From a virus (taxonomy: Duplodnaviria; Caudoviricetes), in the IMG/VR virus record IMGVR_UViG_3300029258_004003, positions 1-32,684 of that record: a DNA stretch of 32,684 nt. One strand, 5' to 3'. A program made the translations under genes and the position numbers. The notes beneath the pieces are model-generated. The model made no database searches. It was given only the letters and a program-made list of their open reading frames with translations, and was not told where the DNA came from. Position 1 is the first letter of the stretch. Each line of letters starts with the position of its first letter. Positions 14,787 through 23,937 of this stretch are shown piece after piece.

Positions 14787-16148
14787 TCACGCCCCCAGAT
14801 TGCCCCCGAGGTCGATCGCCTCGACGTGGAAGGTGGGCGAGGAAGGCCAGCCGCCGGCCCGGTTCACTGCGAAGCGATAGCCGCCAGCGATCGGCGTGCA
14901 GGTCGAAAGCGCCGAGTAGCCCGCGGCGAAGGCGTCGCGCAGCCAGACCACCTCGTGAGCCGAGCCGAGCTCCACCGTGAGCACCACGAGCCCGAGACCC
15001 GCGTCGTCGGTCACGTCGATCACGAAGGGCTGGCGCGGTCCGATGTCCGAGCCGGCCGGGCTCACCACCGTCAAAGTCGGCGCCGTCGCGTCGCCGCCGA
15101 GCTCCTCGATCAGCACCACATCCTCGACGCTGACACCGCCCCCGAGGTCGGGGAGCGGGCAGGTCGAAACGTCGGGCCAGCCGGGAATCAGGAGGCCCCG
15201 GGAACCCGACGTGCCAGCCATGGCGACGTAGATCTCGCCGTTCTGGTCCCGGGCCAGCTTGTTATAGTCGGCCCCGGCGCCGATGTCCCAGGGCGAGAGG
15301 ATCGCGTCCGACCGACCCCGCCAATAGGCATTCGTCAGCCCCCCGTCGACGTGCCACCAGTCGGCGCGGCGCGTGCGGCGGAGGGAGTCGGTCGGATTCG
15401 CCAGGGACTTCTCCGGCAGGTACGATGAGACGCCCCGCAGGATGATGCCGCCCGCATAGAGGGTCTTGTACGCCTCCCCGCCGCCCCCGAGGTCGAACCA
15501 CGCCCCGTCACGGAGCAGCGAGTCAAAGGGCGCCCACTGCCCGTCGAGGTAATCGTACTGCATCGACGGGTCCTGCTCGCCCGTAGCGACGTCGCGGAGC
15601 AGGACGTGGCCACAACAGCCGGCCGCGAAGCCCGGCGCGCCCCCGCTCGCCGCCGCCTGCCAGAAGAACCACGGGATGAGCCCGTCCTCCTCGTCGCCGT
15701 AGATGAAATTCAGGTACGTATCAATATTTAGGGCGAACTTCGCCTCGCTGGCCGGGGCGTGAGGGTGACCCCAACAAACTTCGTCCGTGGCCGTGGGCCG
15801 AGCCGAGATCCCGCCCCCAGTGAATCCCGCGGCGACGGAGTACGCGTGCAGGAAGACATTGACCGAGCCATTCTTGTTCTGGAGCACGAGCTGCGAGCCG
15901 TCCGGCTGCTCGAGGCCGATCCAGGCGTCCGGATTGGCGAAGGACCCCGCGGCCGGCGTCGGGAGCGCGTTGCTGAGCACGTCGACGCCAGCCCCACCAT
16001 GGAGCGAGTCACCATCGCCCGAACCGATCACGGAGAGCCCCGCAGCCTTGAGGCAGTTCTTCCGCCAGAGTGCGGCGACGTGGGCGCCGCACTCCCCGCC
16101 CCCGCCGGCCCACGGGCACGCGACGTTGATGATCGGGTGCCAGGCCAT
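14787..16148 (-). CDS. Uncharacterised virion protein with C-terminal Ig-like domain (453 aa)
   Basis: ATG 16148 overlaps the upstream TGA. C-terminal DATAPTLTVVSP...DVTDDAG...VEAIDLGGN is a bacterial Ig-like signature. Confidence 0.75.
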   Translation of the reverse strand: MAWHPIINVACPWAGGGGECGAHVAALWRKNCLKAAGLSVIGSGDGDSLHGGAGVDVLSNALPTPAAGSFANPDAWIGLEQPDGSQLVLQNKNGSVNVFLHAYSVAAGFTGGGISARPTATDEVCWGHPHAPASEAKFALNIDTYLNFIYGDEEDGLIPWFFWQAAASGGAPGFAAGCCGHVLLRDVATGEQDPSMQYDYLDGQWAPFDSLLRDGAWFDLGGGGEAYKTLYAGGIILRGVSSYLPEKSLANPTDSLRRTRRADWWHVDGGLTNAYWRGRSDAILSPWDIGAGADYNKLARDQNGEIYVAMAGTSGSRGLLIPGWPDVSTCPLPDLGGGVSVEDVVLIEELGGDATAPTLTVVSPAGSDIGPRQPFVIDVTDDAGLGLVVLTVELGSAHEVVWLRDAFAAGYSALSTCTPIAGGYRFAVNRAGGWPSSPTFHVEAIDLGGNLGA

Positions 16149-17347
16149 CACTCGGCCCGCACTTTCGAGGCCCCCGTCGAGCCGGGCCACGACGCCAGGG
16201 CCGACAGGATATTCGCCTTGAACGCGGCGCCACCGTCGCCAGCCGTGACGCCGGCGCCGCTCACGGCCGACTTGAGCGCGTCGAGCTCGTCCTCGACCAG
16301 GTTGTGGAGCGCCACCTCGTGCGCCGCCCCGTCGCCGAGCTCGACCACGTCGGCGTCGAGCGTCAGCCGCAGCGGCGTCCACGCCGCCTGGTCGTGCCCC
16401 GCGAACGCCACGACCCGGGGCAGCGCGCGGTCCCCCTCGATGAACTCGACCAGGACCTCGAGGCCCGCCTGGAGGTTGAGATCGCAGCCCGGGACCCCCG
16501 GCGACAACTCGACGCCGACAAGCTCGGGCAGCCCGTGCGCGCTGAGCACCGGGCGAGCGTCGATCCCGTCCGCGGTCGTCCTCGTCACGCGGTAGCGCCA
16601 GGAGCCCCACAGGTGCCGCTCGGAGTACCGGCGATGCACCGCGTACGCCTGACTGTCCGCGAGCCCGTAGCGGCCCGCCCCCGTCCACACCTGCATTCGC
16701 AGGCCAGCCGGCGACGCACGCAGGTCCAGCTCCCGAACCACCTGGGCCTCGTCGAGCCCCTCCTCGAGCCGCGAGCCCACGACCACGCCGCGCGGGTCCT
16801 GGATTTCCAGCGTTGCCACGCGCTCCAGCGGGTCGTAGTCCAGGACGCGATGGGTGTCGGTGGTCGCCTCGACCTCGGGCCGCTCCGCCGCGACGTGCGT
16901 CACGCCCTCGTAGTCCACCCACCAGAGCACGTCCCCGATCGCGTCCTCGAGCACCCGCCGGGCCAGCCCGCCCTGCCGGACGTAGTGGGGCCCGAGGCGC
17001 TCCTCGGCGGCCTCGAAGGTCCCCAGGGTCTCCCCGCCCGCCCGCGCCGCGTCCTCCGCCACCAGGACCGCTCGCACGCCCGTGTCGCTGCGGTAGTGCA
17101 GCGGCTCCACCTCGCTCCCCCAGCCCGCCGCGCCGGCGAAGACGAGCGCCCGGCGATGCCCGCCGTGCGTCCCGTCTCGCTCCGGCACCACTGTCCCCCT
17201 CAGTCGCAGCTCGTCGACCGCGATCTCGACGCTCCCCTCGAGCTCGGGCGCGTCCACGAGATCGAGCCGAGCCCACCAGGCCCCGCGGTGGGGGACGTGG
17301 AGCTCCACCGAGACGAGCGGGTAGCCGTCGACGGAAACGACGCTCAT
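16148..17347 (-). CDS. Baseplate hub fused to a spike OB-fold / gpV-like region (399 aa)
   Basis: Start MSVVSVDG in an ATGA overlap. Hub-like WWVDYEGVTHV; gpV-like GLEVLVEFIEGDRALPRVV; spike-type C-terminus. Confidence 0.7.
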   Translation of the reverse strand: MSVVSVDGYPLVSVELHVPHRGAWWARLDLVDAPELEGSVEIAVDELRLRGTVVPERDGTHGGHRRALVFAGAAGWGSEVEPLHYRSDTGVRAVLVAEDAARAGGETLGTFEAAEERLGPHYVRQGGLARRVLEDAIGDVLWWVDYEGVTHVAAERPEVEATTDTHRVLDYDPLERVATLEIQDPRGVVVGSRLEEGLDEAQVVRELDLRASPAGLRMQVWTGAGRYGLADSQAYAVHRRYSERHLWGSWRYRVTRTTADGIDARPVLSAHGLPELVGVELSPGVPGCDLNLQAGLEVLVEFIEGDRALPRVVAFAGHDQAAWTPLRLTLDADVVELGDGAAHEVALHNLVEDELDALKSAVSGAGVTAGDGGAAFKANILSALASWPGSTGASKVRAE

Positions 17348-17925
17348 CGGTTCCCCTCGGCGGCGAGCTGGTTGAGCTCCGCGGTCAGCCTCGCGATCTC
17401 CCGGTCCTGCTCGCTCGTGCCCGACTCCCGGTCCCGCCCTCCCGAGGTCGACAGCACGCGCTGGGGCCGCTGGTACTGGATCAGCTTGATCTCGACCTTC
17501 CAGACTCCGTGCTCGTCCTGGACGGGCGCCACGACGTCCTCGACCACGACCTGGCGGATTCGATACTCCTCGAGGAGCGGGTGCCGGATGGACAGCGGCG
17601 GAGCCTGGCTCCGCATGACCCGGTAGAGACTGGGGATCGAGGTGATGGCCCCCAGCTGGCTGCGATCGGGCGGCGGCGGCCTCCGGATGAGCGGCCCGAA
17701 CTCGAGCCAGGCGTCCCAGTCCTCCTCGGTGTAGAGGCTGACCTCGAGCGAGAAGTGCGAGAGCCGCTGCCCCTTGTAGCGGAGGCGGCTCCCCATCATC
17801 CCGAAGGCTCGCCGCTCCTCCCACTCCCGCTCAGCCTTGAGCCCCTTGATGACGACGATCCCGGGCACCAGCCGATCGCTGATGTAGACCGCGTCCTCCG
17901 GCCGCCGCATCGGGTCGAAGGGCAT
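17344..17925 (-). CDS. Tail tube initiator / baseplate-proximal protein (193 aa)
   Basis: Position between tape measure and hub, coupled on both sides, tube-like beta pattern. Confidence 0.6.
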   Translation of the reverse strand: MPFDPMRRPEDAVYISDRLVPGIVVIKGLKAEREWEERRAFGMMGSRLRYKGQRLSHFSLEVSLYTEEDWDAWLEFGPLIRRPPPPDRSQLGAITSIPSLYRVMRSQAPPLSIRHPLLEEYRIRQVVVEDVVAPVQDEHGVWKVEIKLIQYQRPQRVLSTSGGRDRESGTSEQDREIARLTAELNQLAAEGNR

Positions 17926-19847
17926 CAGGCCGGCTCCGTCGCTAGCCCGGTGTCGAAGAACTCGCGGAGGGCGTCGGTCACGCGCCGGGCCGTGTCCTCC
18001 CCACCCTCGCCTTCGGCCCCGACGTGGACGTGGAGCTCGCCGACGCTCACCGCCCTCGAGGGCCCGCCCTGGATCGACGTGACCCGGCTCGTCGTCGTCG
18101 AGAGCATGCTGCCGACGGCGCGCGTCGACTCGGCCGAGCCCCGCTCCACGCCCTCGGCCACGCCCTGGGGGATTGCCAGGCCGAACCCGGCGAAGACGGC
18201 CGACGGCGAGTGAATCCCGAGCGCCGCCCGGAACGCGTTCATGGCGTCGGTCGCGACGTTGGTCACGGCCTGGCGCAGGCGAGCAACGCCCGTGTCAAGC
18301 CCCTGGATGATCCCCTCGATCATCGCCCGGCCCGCGTCGCTCCAGTCCACAGACGTGTAGAACTCATAGAGCTCGGCGAGAAACGCGACCAGCCGCTGGC
18401 CCCGCTGGTAGAGCAGGTAGAGCTCCCAGGCCAGCACCAGGACCGGCATCAGCAGCCCGACCACCACCATGGTCAGCACGAAGACGGCCGCGGCCAGCCC
18501 CACGACAACGAGGCCGACGGCGATGAGGCCGATCCTCAGATAGTCCATCGCCTGCCGGTTCTCGAGCATCCGGCCGAGCAGCCGAGGTCCAAAGGTCCGC
18601 TGAATCTCGTTCCGCACCCGGACGAACACGATCGCCAGTCGCAGGGCGAGGATCACGAGCTCCTTGAAGAAGTACTCGATCGCCGGCGCGGTGCCCCCGA
18701 GCTCGTCGACGAGGGGGCCGAGGATGGCCGACATGATGGCCCGGAGCGCCCGGCCCGACTCGGTGTTCTGGCTCAGGAGCTGCGTCAGCCGGTGGAGACC
18801 GGAGAGGAGCGGCTCGAGGTTGATCCCGGTGAAGAGCGCATGGAGGGACTCGCGGAGCTTCGTCGACAGCATCGACAGCGACCGCATCTGCGCGGCCGCG
18901 ACGCCCCCGAGCTCCCGGCGGACGCGCTCCGCCAGGTCGTGCATCGCGCCCTCACTGTGCCCCGCCTCCCGCACGAGCATCATGAGGCGCCGCCGGCCCA
19001 GGTCCCCCTGCACGGCCTGCGCGATGGAGAGCGCCTCGAGGGCGTCCTCGGCGGCCCGCCCCCGGATGCCCAGCCGGTGGAGCTCCTGGCCGTAGCCCGC
19101 GATCTGGCTGCGCGCCAGGGGGACGCGCTCGGAGACCCGGTTGATGCTCTCAGACATCTGGGCCGCGTCCTCGGACGACAGTCGCATCCATCGGTGCAGC
19201 GTGCCGAGCCCCTCGAGGCGCAAGCGCTCCGAGCGCATCGCGTCACCCTGCGCCGCGGCGTAGCGGAGGAGCTGGGCCGTCGCCTTGCCGGTGGCGACAG
19301 CGAGCGCGCCGAGGGCCGCGACCAGCGCCACCAGTACCGCGACAGCCGCGGCAACGACGGCGACGGCGATCGCGGCCGCGAGCACCCCCGCCGCCGTGGT
19401 CCCTACCGCGACAAGAGCCTTCCCCACCCTGGCCAGTGGAGATGGCAGGGCCTTCGCCCTCGAGGCCATCTCCTGCATACCCCGCGACTCCATCCGGATC
19501 GCGAGGTTTTGGGTCCGACGCTGACGGATGTTCGCGAAGAACTGCTTGATCTGGACGAAGCTCGAGCCGAATTTCTTGTTCGCCCGCCCGGCCTGGTCGA
19601 TCCCGCCCGTCAGTCGCCTGTATGCCGCTGTGATGTTGAAGATGAGCAGGAGCAGCCGGAGAGCCGAATCGACTCGCATCATCCTGGACGACCCCATGAG
19701 ACGCATCGTCTTCTGCATCTCGACGAGCGCCCTCGTGTTGCGGTCCAGCTGCGCCTGGAGAGATTTCAGGGCTTCCTGCGCGGAGTCGCTCGAGCCGCTG
19801 ATCCCGTCCTCGAGCTCGAGCGCAAACCTGGCAGTCTCCGTCGCCAT
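17925..19847 (-). CDS. Tape measure protein (640 aa)
   Basis: Helical and Ala-rich with two hydrophobic tracts; DWSDAGRAMIEGIIQG and LGIHSPSAVFAGFG motifs; follows the tail chaperone. Confidence 0.93.
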   Translation of the reverse strand: MATETARFALELEDGISGSSDSAQEALKSLQAQLDRNTRALVEMQKTMRLMGSSRMMRVDSALRLLLLIFNITAAYRRLTGGIDQAGRANKKFGSSFVQIKQFFANIRQRRTQNLAIRMESRGMQEMASRAKALPSPLARVGKALVAVGTTAAGVLAAAIAVAVVAAAVAVLVALVAALGALAVATGKATAQLLRYAAAQGDAMRSERLRLEGLGTLHRWMRLSSEDAAQMSESINRVSERVPLARSQIAGYGQELHRLGIRGRAAEDALEALSIAQAVQGDLGRRRLMMLVREAGHSEGAMHDLAERVRRELGGVAAAQMRSLSMLSTKLRESLHALFTGINLEPLLSGLHRLTQLLSQNTESGRALRAIMSAILGPLVDELGGTAPAIEYFFKELVILALRLAIVFVRVRNEIQRTFGPRLLGRMLENRQAMDYLRIGLIAVGLVVVGLAAAVFVLTMVVVGLLMPVLVLAWELYLLYQRGQRLVAFLAELYEFYTSVDWSDAGRAMIEGIIQGLDTGVARLRQAVTNVATDAMNAFRAALGIHSPSAVFAGFGLAIPQGVAEGVERGSAESTRAVGSMLSTTTSRVTSIQGGPSRAVSVGELHVHVGAEGEGGEDTARRVTDALREFFDTGLATEPA

Positions 19848-19850
19848 CGG

Positions 19851-20060
19851 TCACTTCGAGAGAGCCTTTTGGACGAGCTTGCGAAGGCGCTTCAGCTCGA
19901 GCAGTCCTTCGGCCAGCTCCATCGCTCCCGCCACCGCTCTCACGTGCTGCTCCTCGTCCTCGCTCTCGGCCGTCCCTAGCGCGGCCAGGAGGAGCTCGGC
20001 CGCGAGGCGCACGTTGTAACTGTCACCGTCCGGCCGCGCCTCCTCCCGGACGCTCGCTAT
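19851..20060 (-). CDS. Frameshift extension of the tail assembly chaperone (lambda gpGT-like); not in the ORF track
   Basis: The -1 frame is open for 69 codons (IASVREEARPDGDSYNVRLAAELLLAALG...LVQKALSK) and ends at TGA 3 nt before the tape measure ATG. Confidence 0.85.
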   Translation of the reverse strand: MASVREEARPDGDSYNVRLAAELLLAALGTAESEDEEQHVRAVAGAMELAEGLLELKRLRKLVQKALSK

Positions 20061-20066
20061 TTTCCC
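20027..20066 (-). promoter_or_regulatory. Programmed -1 frameshift signal
   Basis: G GGA AAA (20066-20060) immediately before TAG, then a 7-nt spacer and a 7-bp hairpin CGTCCGG/CCGGACG (20052-20046 / 20033-20027). Confidence 0.85.
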
Positions 20067-20512
20067 TCGACCTCCTCGACCTCGCCGTTGCCCATCTCGA
20101 CCACCGCGTTGCCGAGGCGGGCGGGGACGCCGGGGTACTCCTCGGTGATCTCCTCGACCTTCGCCACGTCGGGGTAAACGATGCAGGGCTTGACGAGGCG
20201 CCAGATGTCCATGTCGTCGAAGCCCTTGGCCGAGGCGGCTTTCCTCGTGAATTTCTGGAACGCCAGGTGATGGGGCTTCTTGACGACGATCGCGCCGAGC
20301 GGGGTGTTCACGACGCGGATCACACCGTGCTCCTCCTCGGCCGCCTGGACGTGCGGAAGGTCCCGCGCCTTGTTCTCCTCGAACCGCGCCTTCCGCTCGA
20401 GCTCTCGGAGCTCCTCGCGCTCCCGAGACTGCTCCTCGAATGCGGCGCTCTTCTCCCGCGCCTCACGGATGCGCCGCAGCGCCGCCTCCCTCGGGTCCTC
20501 GACGTCGCTCAT
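20057..20512 (-). CDS. Tail assembly chaperone (gpG-like, 151 aa)
   Basis: Lies between tube and tape measure and ends in the slippery EGK codons. Confidence 0.85.
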   Translation of the reverse strand: MSDVEDPREAALRRIREAREKSAAFEEQSREREELRELERKARFEENKARDLPHVQAAEEEHGVIRVVNTPLGAIVVKKPHHLAFQKFTRKAASAKGFDDMDIWRLVKPCIVYPDVAKVEEITEEYPGVPARLGNAVVEMGNGEVEEVEGK

Positions 20513-20513
20513 C

Positions 20514-20978
20514 TCACCACTCCTGGTAGAGACTCAGGCCGTTGCGCAGGATCCCGAAGGTCGACCACTTGAGCTCCTCGCTGAGCACGTCGGCGCCTTC
20601 CTCGTCGCTGCTCCCGACCTCGACCAGGCGGCAGTCCTCGAACTCCACCGTGATCGGCGTGTCGTCCGGCTCGAGGTACTGGAGGACGATCGGCACGGTG
20701 ACCGTCCCGTAGGAGGTGCCGTCGCCGCGGGCCGCCAGCATGTCGCGGATCGCCTGCGCGGTGCTCGTCTGGACCTTCATGACCACCTGCTCGGCGCTGT
20801 ACTTCCCTCGGGACTGGGCCCTCGGCTTGTGAGCCTTGCCCATGCCGTACCCGAAGGCCGTCTCGAGCTTGTCCGAGTAGGAGATCGACGAGATGCCCGA
20901 GTAGCGCTCGCCGGCGATCTTGAGCTTCACCGAGCCCCACGAGTGGGAGATGCCGTTGATTCGGATTTCGTCAGCCAT
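20514..20978 (-). CDS. Tail tube protein
   Basis: 154 aa directly after the sheath; ING..HSW..V....G....GI..ISY.D......YG.G...P.....G.Y pattern. Confidence 0.88.
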   Translation of the reverse strand: MADEIRINGISHSWGSVKLKIAGERYSGISSISYSDKLETAFGYGMGKAHKPRAQSRGKYSAEQVVMKVQTSTAQAIRDMLAARGDGTSYGTVTVPIVLQYLEPDDTPITVEFEDCRLVEVGSSDEEGADVLSEELKWSTFGILRNGLSLYQEW

Positions 20979-20994
20979 GGTCCTCTCCTACCCC

Positions 20995-22467
20995 TCAGAC
21001 CCCGCGGGCCTGGATCGCCGGGTTCTCGAATCCGATCTCGACGTCGATGAACTCCGGATAGGCCATCGGCACGATCCGGCACGTGCCGTTCATCAGCTTC
21101 GTCGACAACAGGTTGTCGGTGCGCGAGAGCACGAACCGCGCCCCGCTCGCCTTCGGCTTCGCCAGCAGCGCCCCCCGCAGCGCCGCGTTCGCCCCCGCCT
21201 CGATCTCGAGGGCCTCTTCCTCGAGGATGTAGCCCGTGGTCGCGTTGACGAGGATCTCCTCGTTGACGCGCTCCTCGAGGTAGGCGCGGACCACCGTCTT
21301 TGCCAGGTTGATCACCCGCCGGTGCGGGATGAGCTGGTAATCGCTCGTCGGCGTCGAGAGCATCCGCGGCCGGTTGATGTACACGCCGGGCCGCCCCTCC
21401 CAGGTACGGAGCACGAGGAACCGCGCGTCGTCGAGCCCGGGGTTGGTGCTCTCGTCGTGGTCGTCGGGGTTGCCGTTCTCGTCGGTGATGATCACGCCGT
21501 CCATCCGGCCCACCTTGACGTTCGCCAGGTTGACCTCCTCGGACTTCACGGCGTGCGCCGGGGCCACCCAGAAGCTCGGGGGCCGGCGGTACTGGCGCCC
21601 GCTGACGCCGCTGATCATCTTCGCGCTCCCGGCGCAGACCGCGCCGTAGACGGTGCTCAGGCTGGAGTAGATGGTGTCGAGCGCCGTGAGGTACGTCGCC
21701 TCGCTCTCGCCGATGTCCGGCATTCTGGCGTGCCCGATGTACATCCGATCCTTGCCGTAGGCCGGCATTCCCGAGACCGCCGTCTCGACCGCGGCGAAGA
21801 GCGTCGCGTCGAGCGCGCCGCACACCTCGACGATTGACCAGAGCTGCGCGCACTTCCGCAGCGCCAGCATCGCCGACGCGATGTCGGTCGCGTCCCACAT
21901 CGGCGCGGTTGAGCGGAACGTCACGAGGTCCCCCGCGACCAGGGTCTCGGTGGCCACGCCGAAGGTCAGCTCCACGTCCGTCCCCACGATGGCGCCGGAG
22001 TCCGGGAACTCGAAGGTCAGCGCGGTTCCGAGGGCGATCTCGGCGCTCTGCGTCCGCCCGCCGTCCATCGACCACTTGAACGTGATCCCGGCGGTCCCGA
22101 GCGCACCCCCGGTGATGACCTCGATGTGAAACTCGCAGTCGTCGGCCGGGTCGGGACTCGCGGCCACGCTCACAGTCGCCGTGCCCGAGCCGGTCAGCAC
22201 GGCCGACGTCAGCTCCCCGTCCGTCGTGGCCCCGGCGCGCACGAGCAGCACCGGCCGGCCGAACTTCGTGATCGCGTAGGCCGCGGCCTCGACGAGCGGG
22301 CCGAAGCCGAAGTCGGCCACCACGTCCGAGACCCTGGCGTAGGCCGCCGGGGTGTCCTCCGGGCCGTCCGTCGACGTCCCGACGATCGCCGGAAGGGCCC
22401 CCTCCGTCGGCGGCAGAATGCCCAGCGCGCCGTCGAGCTCGGTCATATCCACTCTCGGCTGTGTCAT
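20995..22467 (-). CDS. Tail sheath protein (DUF2586-like, 490 aa)
   Basis: Size and position; DG.LG N-terminus, FG.GPL, and LDDARFLVLRTWEGRPGVYI...SDYQ....RVINLA sheath C-terminal motifs. Confidence 0.92.
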   Translation of the reverse strand: MTQPRVDMTELDGALGILPPTEGALPAIVGTSTDGPEDTPAAYARVSDVVADFGFGPLVEAAAYAITKFGRPVLLVRAGATTDGELTSAVLTGSGTATVSVAASPDPADDCEFHIEVITGGALGTAGITFKWSMDGGRTQSAEIALGTALTFEFPDSGAIVGTDVELTFGVATETLVAGDLVTFRSTAPMWDATDIASAMLALRKCAQLWSIVEVCGALDATLFAAVETAVSGMPAYGKDRMYIGHARMPDIGESEATYLTALDTIYSSLSTVYGAVCAGSAKMISGVSGRQYRRPPSFWVAPAHAVKSEEVNLANVKVGRMDGVIITDENGNPDDHDESTNPGLDDARFLVLRTWEGRPGVYINRPRMLSTPTSDYQLIPHRRVINLAKTVVRAYLEERVNEEILVNATTGYILEEEALEIEAGANAALRGALLAKPKASGARFVLSRTDNLLSTKLMNGTCRIVPMAYPEFIDVEIGFENPAIQARGV

Positions 22468-22470
22468 CTC

Positions 22471-23061
22471 TCAGGACTCCTCGAGCGGCGGAACGTCCAT
22501 GTCCTCGCTCGTGTTCGGGGTGCTCTCGTTGTCGTCGCTGTCGAGCTGCACGTCGACGGTGGCCTCGACATCCTCCGCCACGGTGTACGGGAGATCGGGG
22601 ATCATCGCGTCCACGGAGCAGACGACGCGGAGCGTGGCGCCATGGCGCCGCGTCGCGCGGTCGACCATCCACGCCGCGGACTTCACAACGACGAGCTGCC
22701 GCGCCTCGCCGTCAAGCGGTTTCAGGTAGACGGCCCGCCACCACGCATCGAAGAGCAGGCGGGCCGTCTTGTACTGGGCGAGCTCGTCTTCCGGCGCCGA
22801 GGAGTCGCGCCCCTCGACGTAGACCGTGAAGAGCTCCGCGAGGTTCGCGATGGGGCGCGGGTTCCGCCCCGGATTCTTGGCAGCGGTCAGGGCCCCGGCC
22901 GCGCCCGACGGATCGCCAGGGACCCAGACGATCCGGTTTTGCTGCCCGCCCCGGTGCGCCGGCTCGCGCCAGCCGAAGACGTTGGGCACCTCGGTCCCCT
23001 CGTCGGCAAAGCGGGCCACGACGTCGTTGAAGAGCTTCTCCAGTGCGAGGGTGTCGGCCAT
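22471..23061 (-). CDS. Tail terminator / completion protein (196 aa)
   Basis: Start MADTLAL in a TGATG overlap, immediately before the sheath. Confidence 0.65.
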   Translation of the reverse strand: MADTLALEKLFNDVVARFADEGTEVPNVFGWREPAHRGGQQNRIVWVPGDPSGAAGALTAAKNPGRNPRPIANLAELFTVYVEGRDSSAPEDELAQYKTARLLFDAWWRAVYLKPLDGEARQLVVVKSAAWMVDRATRRHGATLRVVCSVDAMIPDLPYTVAEDVEATVDVQLDSDDNESTPNTSEDMDVPPLEES

Positions 23062-23456
23062 CAGGCGCCACCCATGATCAGGCGGAATCGCTTCGTGGCG
23101 ACCCCGGTCACCAGGTCCACGATCTGCGGCGGGAGCTTGCTCCCGGGCAGGATCGGCCTCGCCACGCCGCCGCGTACCCTGCCGTAGTGGTGACCGGCCT
23201 CGACGCCGCTCAGAGTCGCCGTCACCGTCTCCCCTTTGGCCGCCACGTCGAGCCCCTTCGCGGCGCCTGCGAGCGGAGGATTGCCCGCCTGGGTGGGCTT
23301 CCACGCCGTGCCGTCCGGCCCGCGGGATGCCGCGATGTTGCCCTCGAGCTCCTCCCGCAGCGCGGGCGCAATGTCTGCGGCGATCTCCTCGGGGGACTCG
23401 CCGAGCGTCCGGAGCCTAGCGATCAGGCTCTGGATGGCCGTGTACCCGTCAGCCAT
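23061..23456 (-). CDS. Virion morphogenesis protein (Mu gpG / P2 gpS-like)
   Basis: PDGTAWKP, HHYG and ARPILP motifs. Confidence 0.8.
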   Translation of the reverse strand: MADGYTAIQSLIARLRTLGESPEEIAADIAPALREELEGNIAASRGPDGTAWKPTQAGNPPLAGAAKGLDVAAKGETVTATLSGVEAGHHYGRVRGGVARPILPGSKLPPQIVDLVTGVATKRFRLIMGGA

Positions 23457-23937
23457 CGCCGGACCCCCAGCCGTCGAGGTCCTCGTCGCGGCCGAGCTCC
23501 TCCTGGACGTCCCCGCCCACGTAGGGCGAGGCCTCGGAGTAGCCCAGCGGCTCCCCCTTCGAGATGGCCGAGGCGTCGGCCGTGTCGAGGGCCGGCAGGT
23601 CGAACAGCCCTTGCTCTGCGTCCGCCGCCTCCTTGATCTCCTCCCGGGCCCGCTTCGAGTCCTCGAGGATCGAGACGAACTGCTCGTCGGTGGCGTCCAC
23701 GCCGCGCTTCAGGAGGAGAGCGACATCCATGAGCCGTGCCACCCAGTCGCAGACCGCATCCGGGTAGGGCGCCGAGAAGGGGACCGCGTAGCGCTTGCGG
23801 AGGCGAGCATCGACGCCGTAGGAGATCGCCCGCAGCTTCCGGTCAATCCAGCCGACCTGGATCGTCTCCACGTCGTCGATGTCCACGGACGGGAGAACCG
23901 AATAGGACTTGTACTCCGCGAGGGTGAGGTAGCTCAC
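23449..23937 (-). CDS. Head-tail adaptor (Mu gp36 / DUF1320-like)
   Basis: MSYLT..E...VDARLRKRYAVPF...P pattern, downstream of the capsid. Confidence 0.82.
   Translation of the reverse strand: MSYLTLAEYKSYSVLPSVDIDDVETIQVGWIDRKLRAISYGVDARLRKRYAVPFSAPYPDAVCDWVARLMDVALLLKRGVDATDEQFVSILEDSKRAREEIKEAADAEQGLFDLPALDTADASAISKGEPLGYSEASPYVGGDVQEELGRDEDLDGWGSGDG

Noticed and set aside
12473-22467. Tailocin, eCIS or T6SS locus
   Set aside because: Terminase, portal, capsid and recombination genes are contiguous, so this is a phage morphogenesis operon.
20927-22672. Long Arg/Gly/Pro-rich alternative-frame minus-strand ORFs (also 24561-26519, 11174-12376, 5202-6401)
   Set aside because: Off-frame products of stop-poor GC-rich DNA overlapping well-supported genes.
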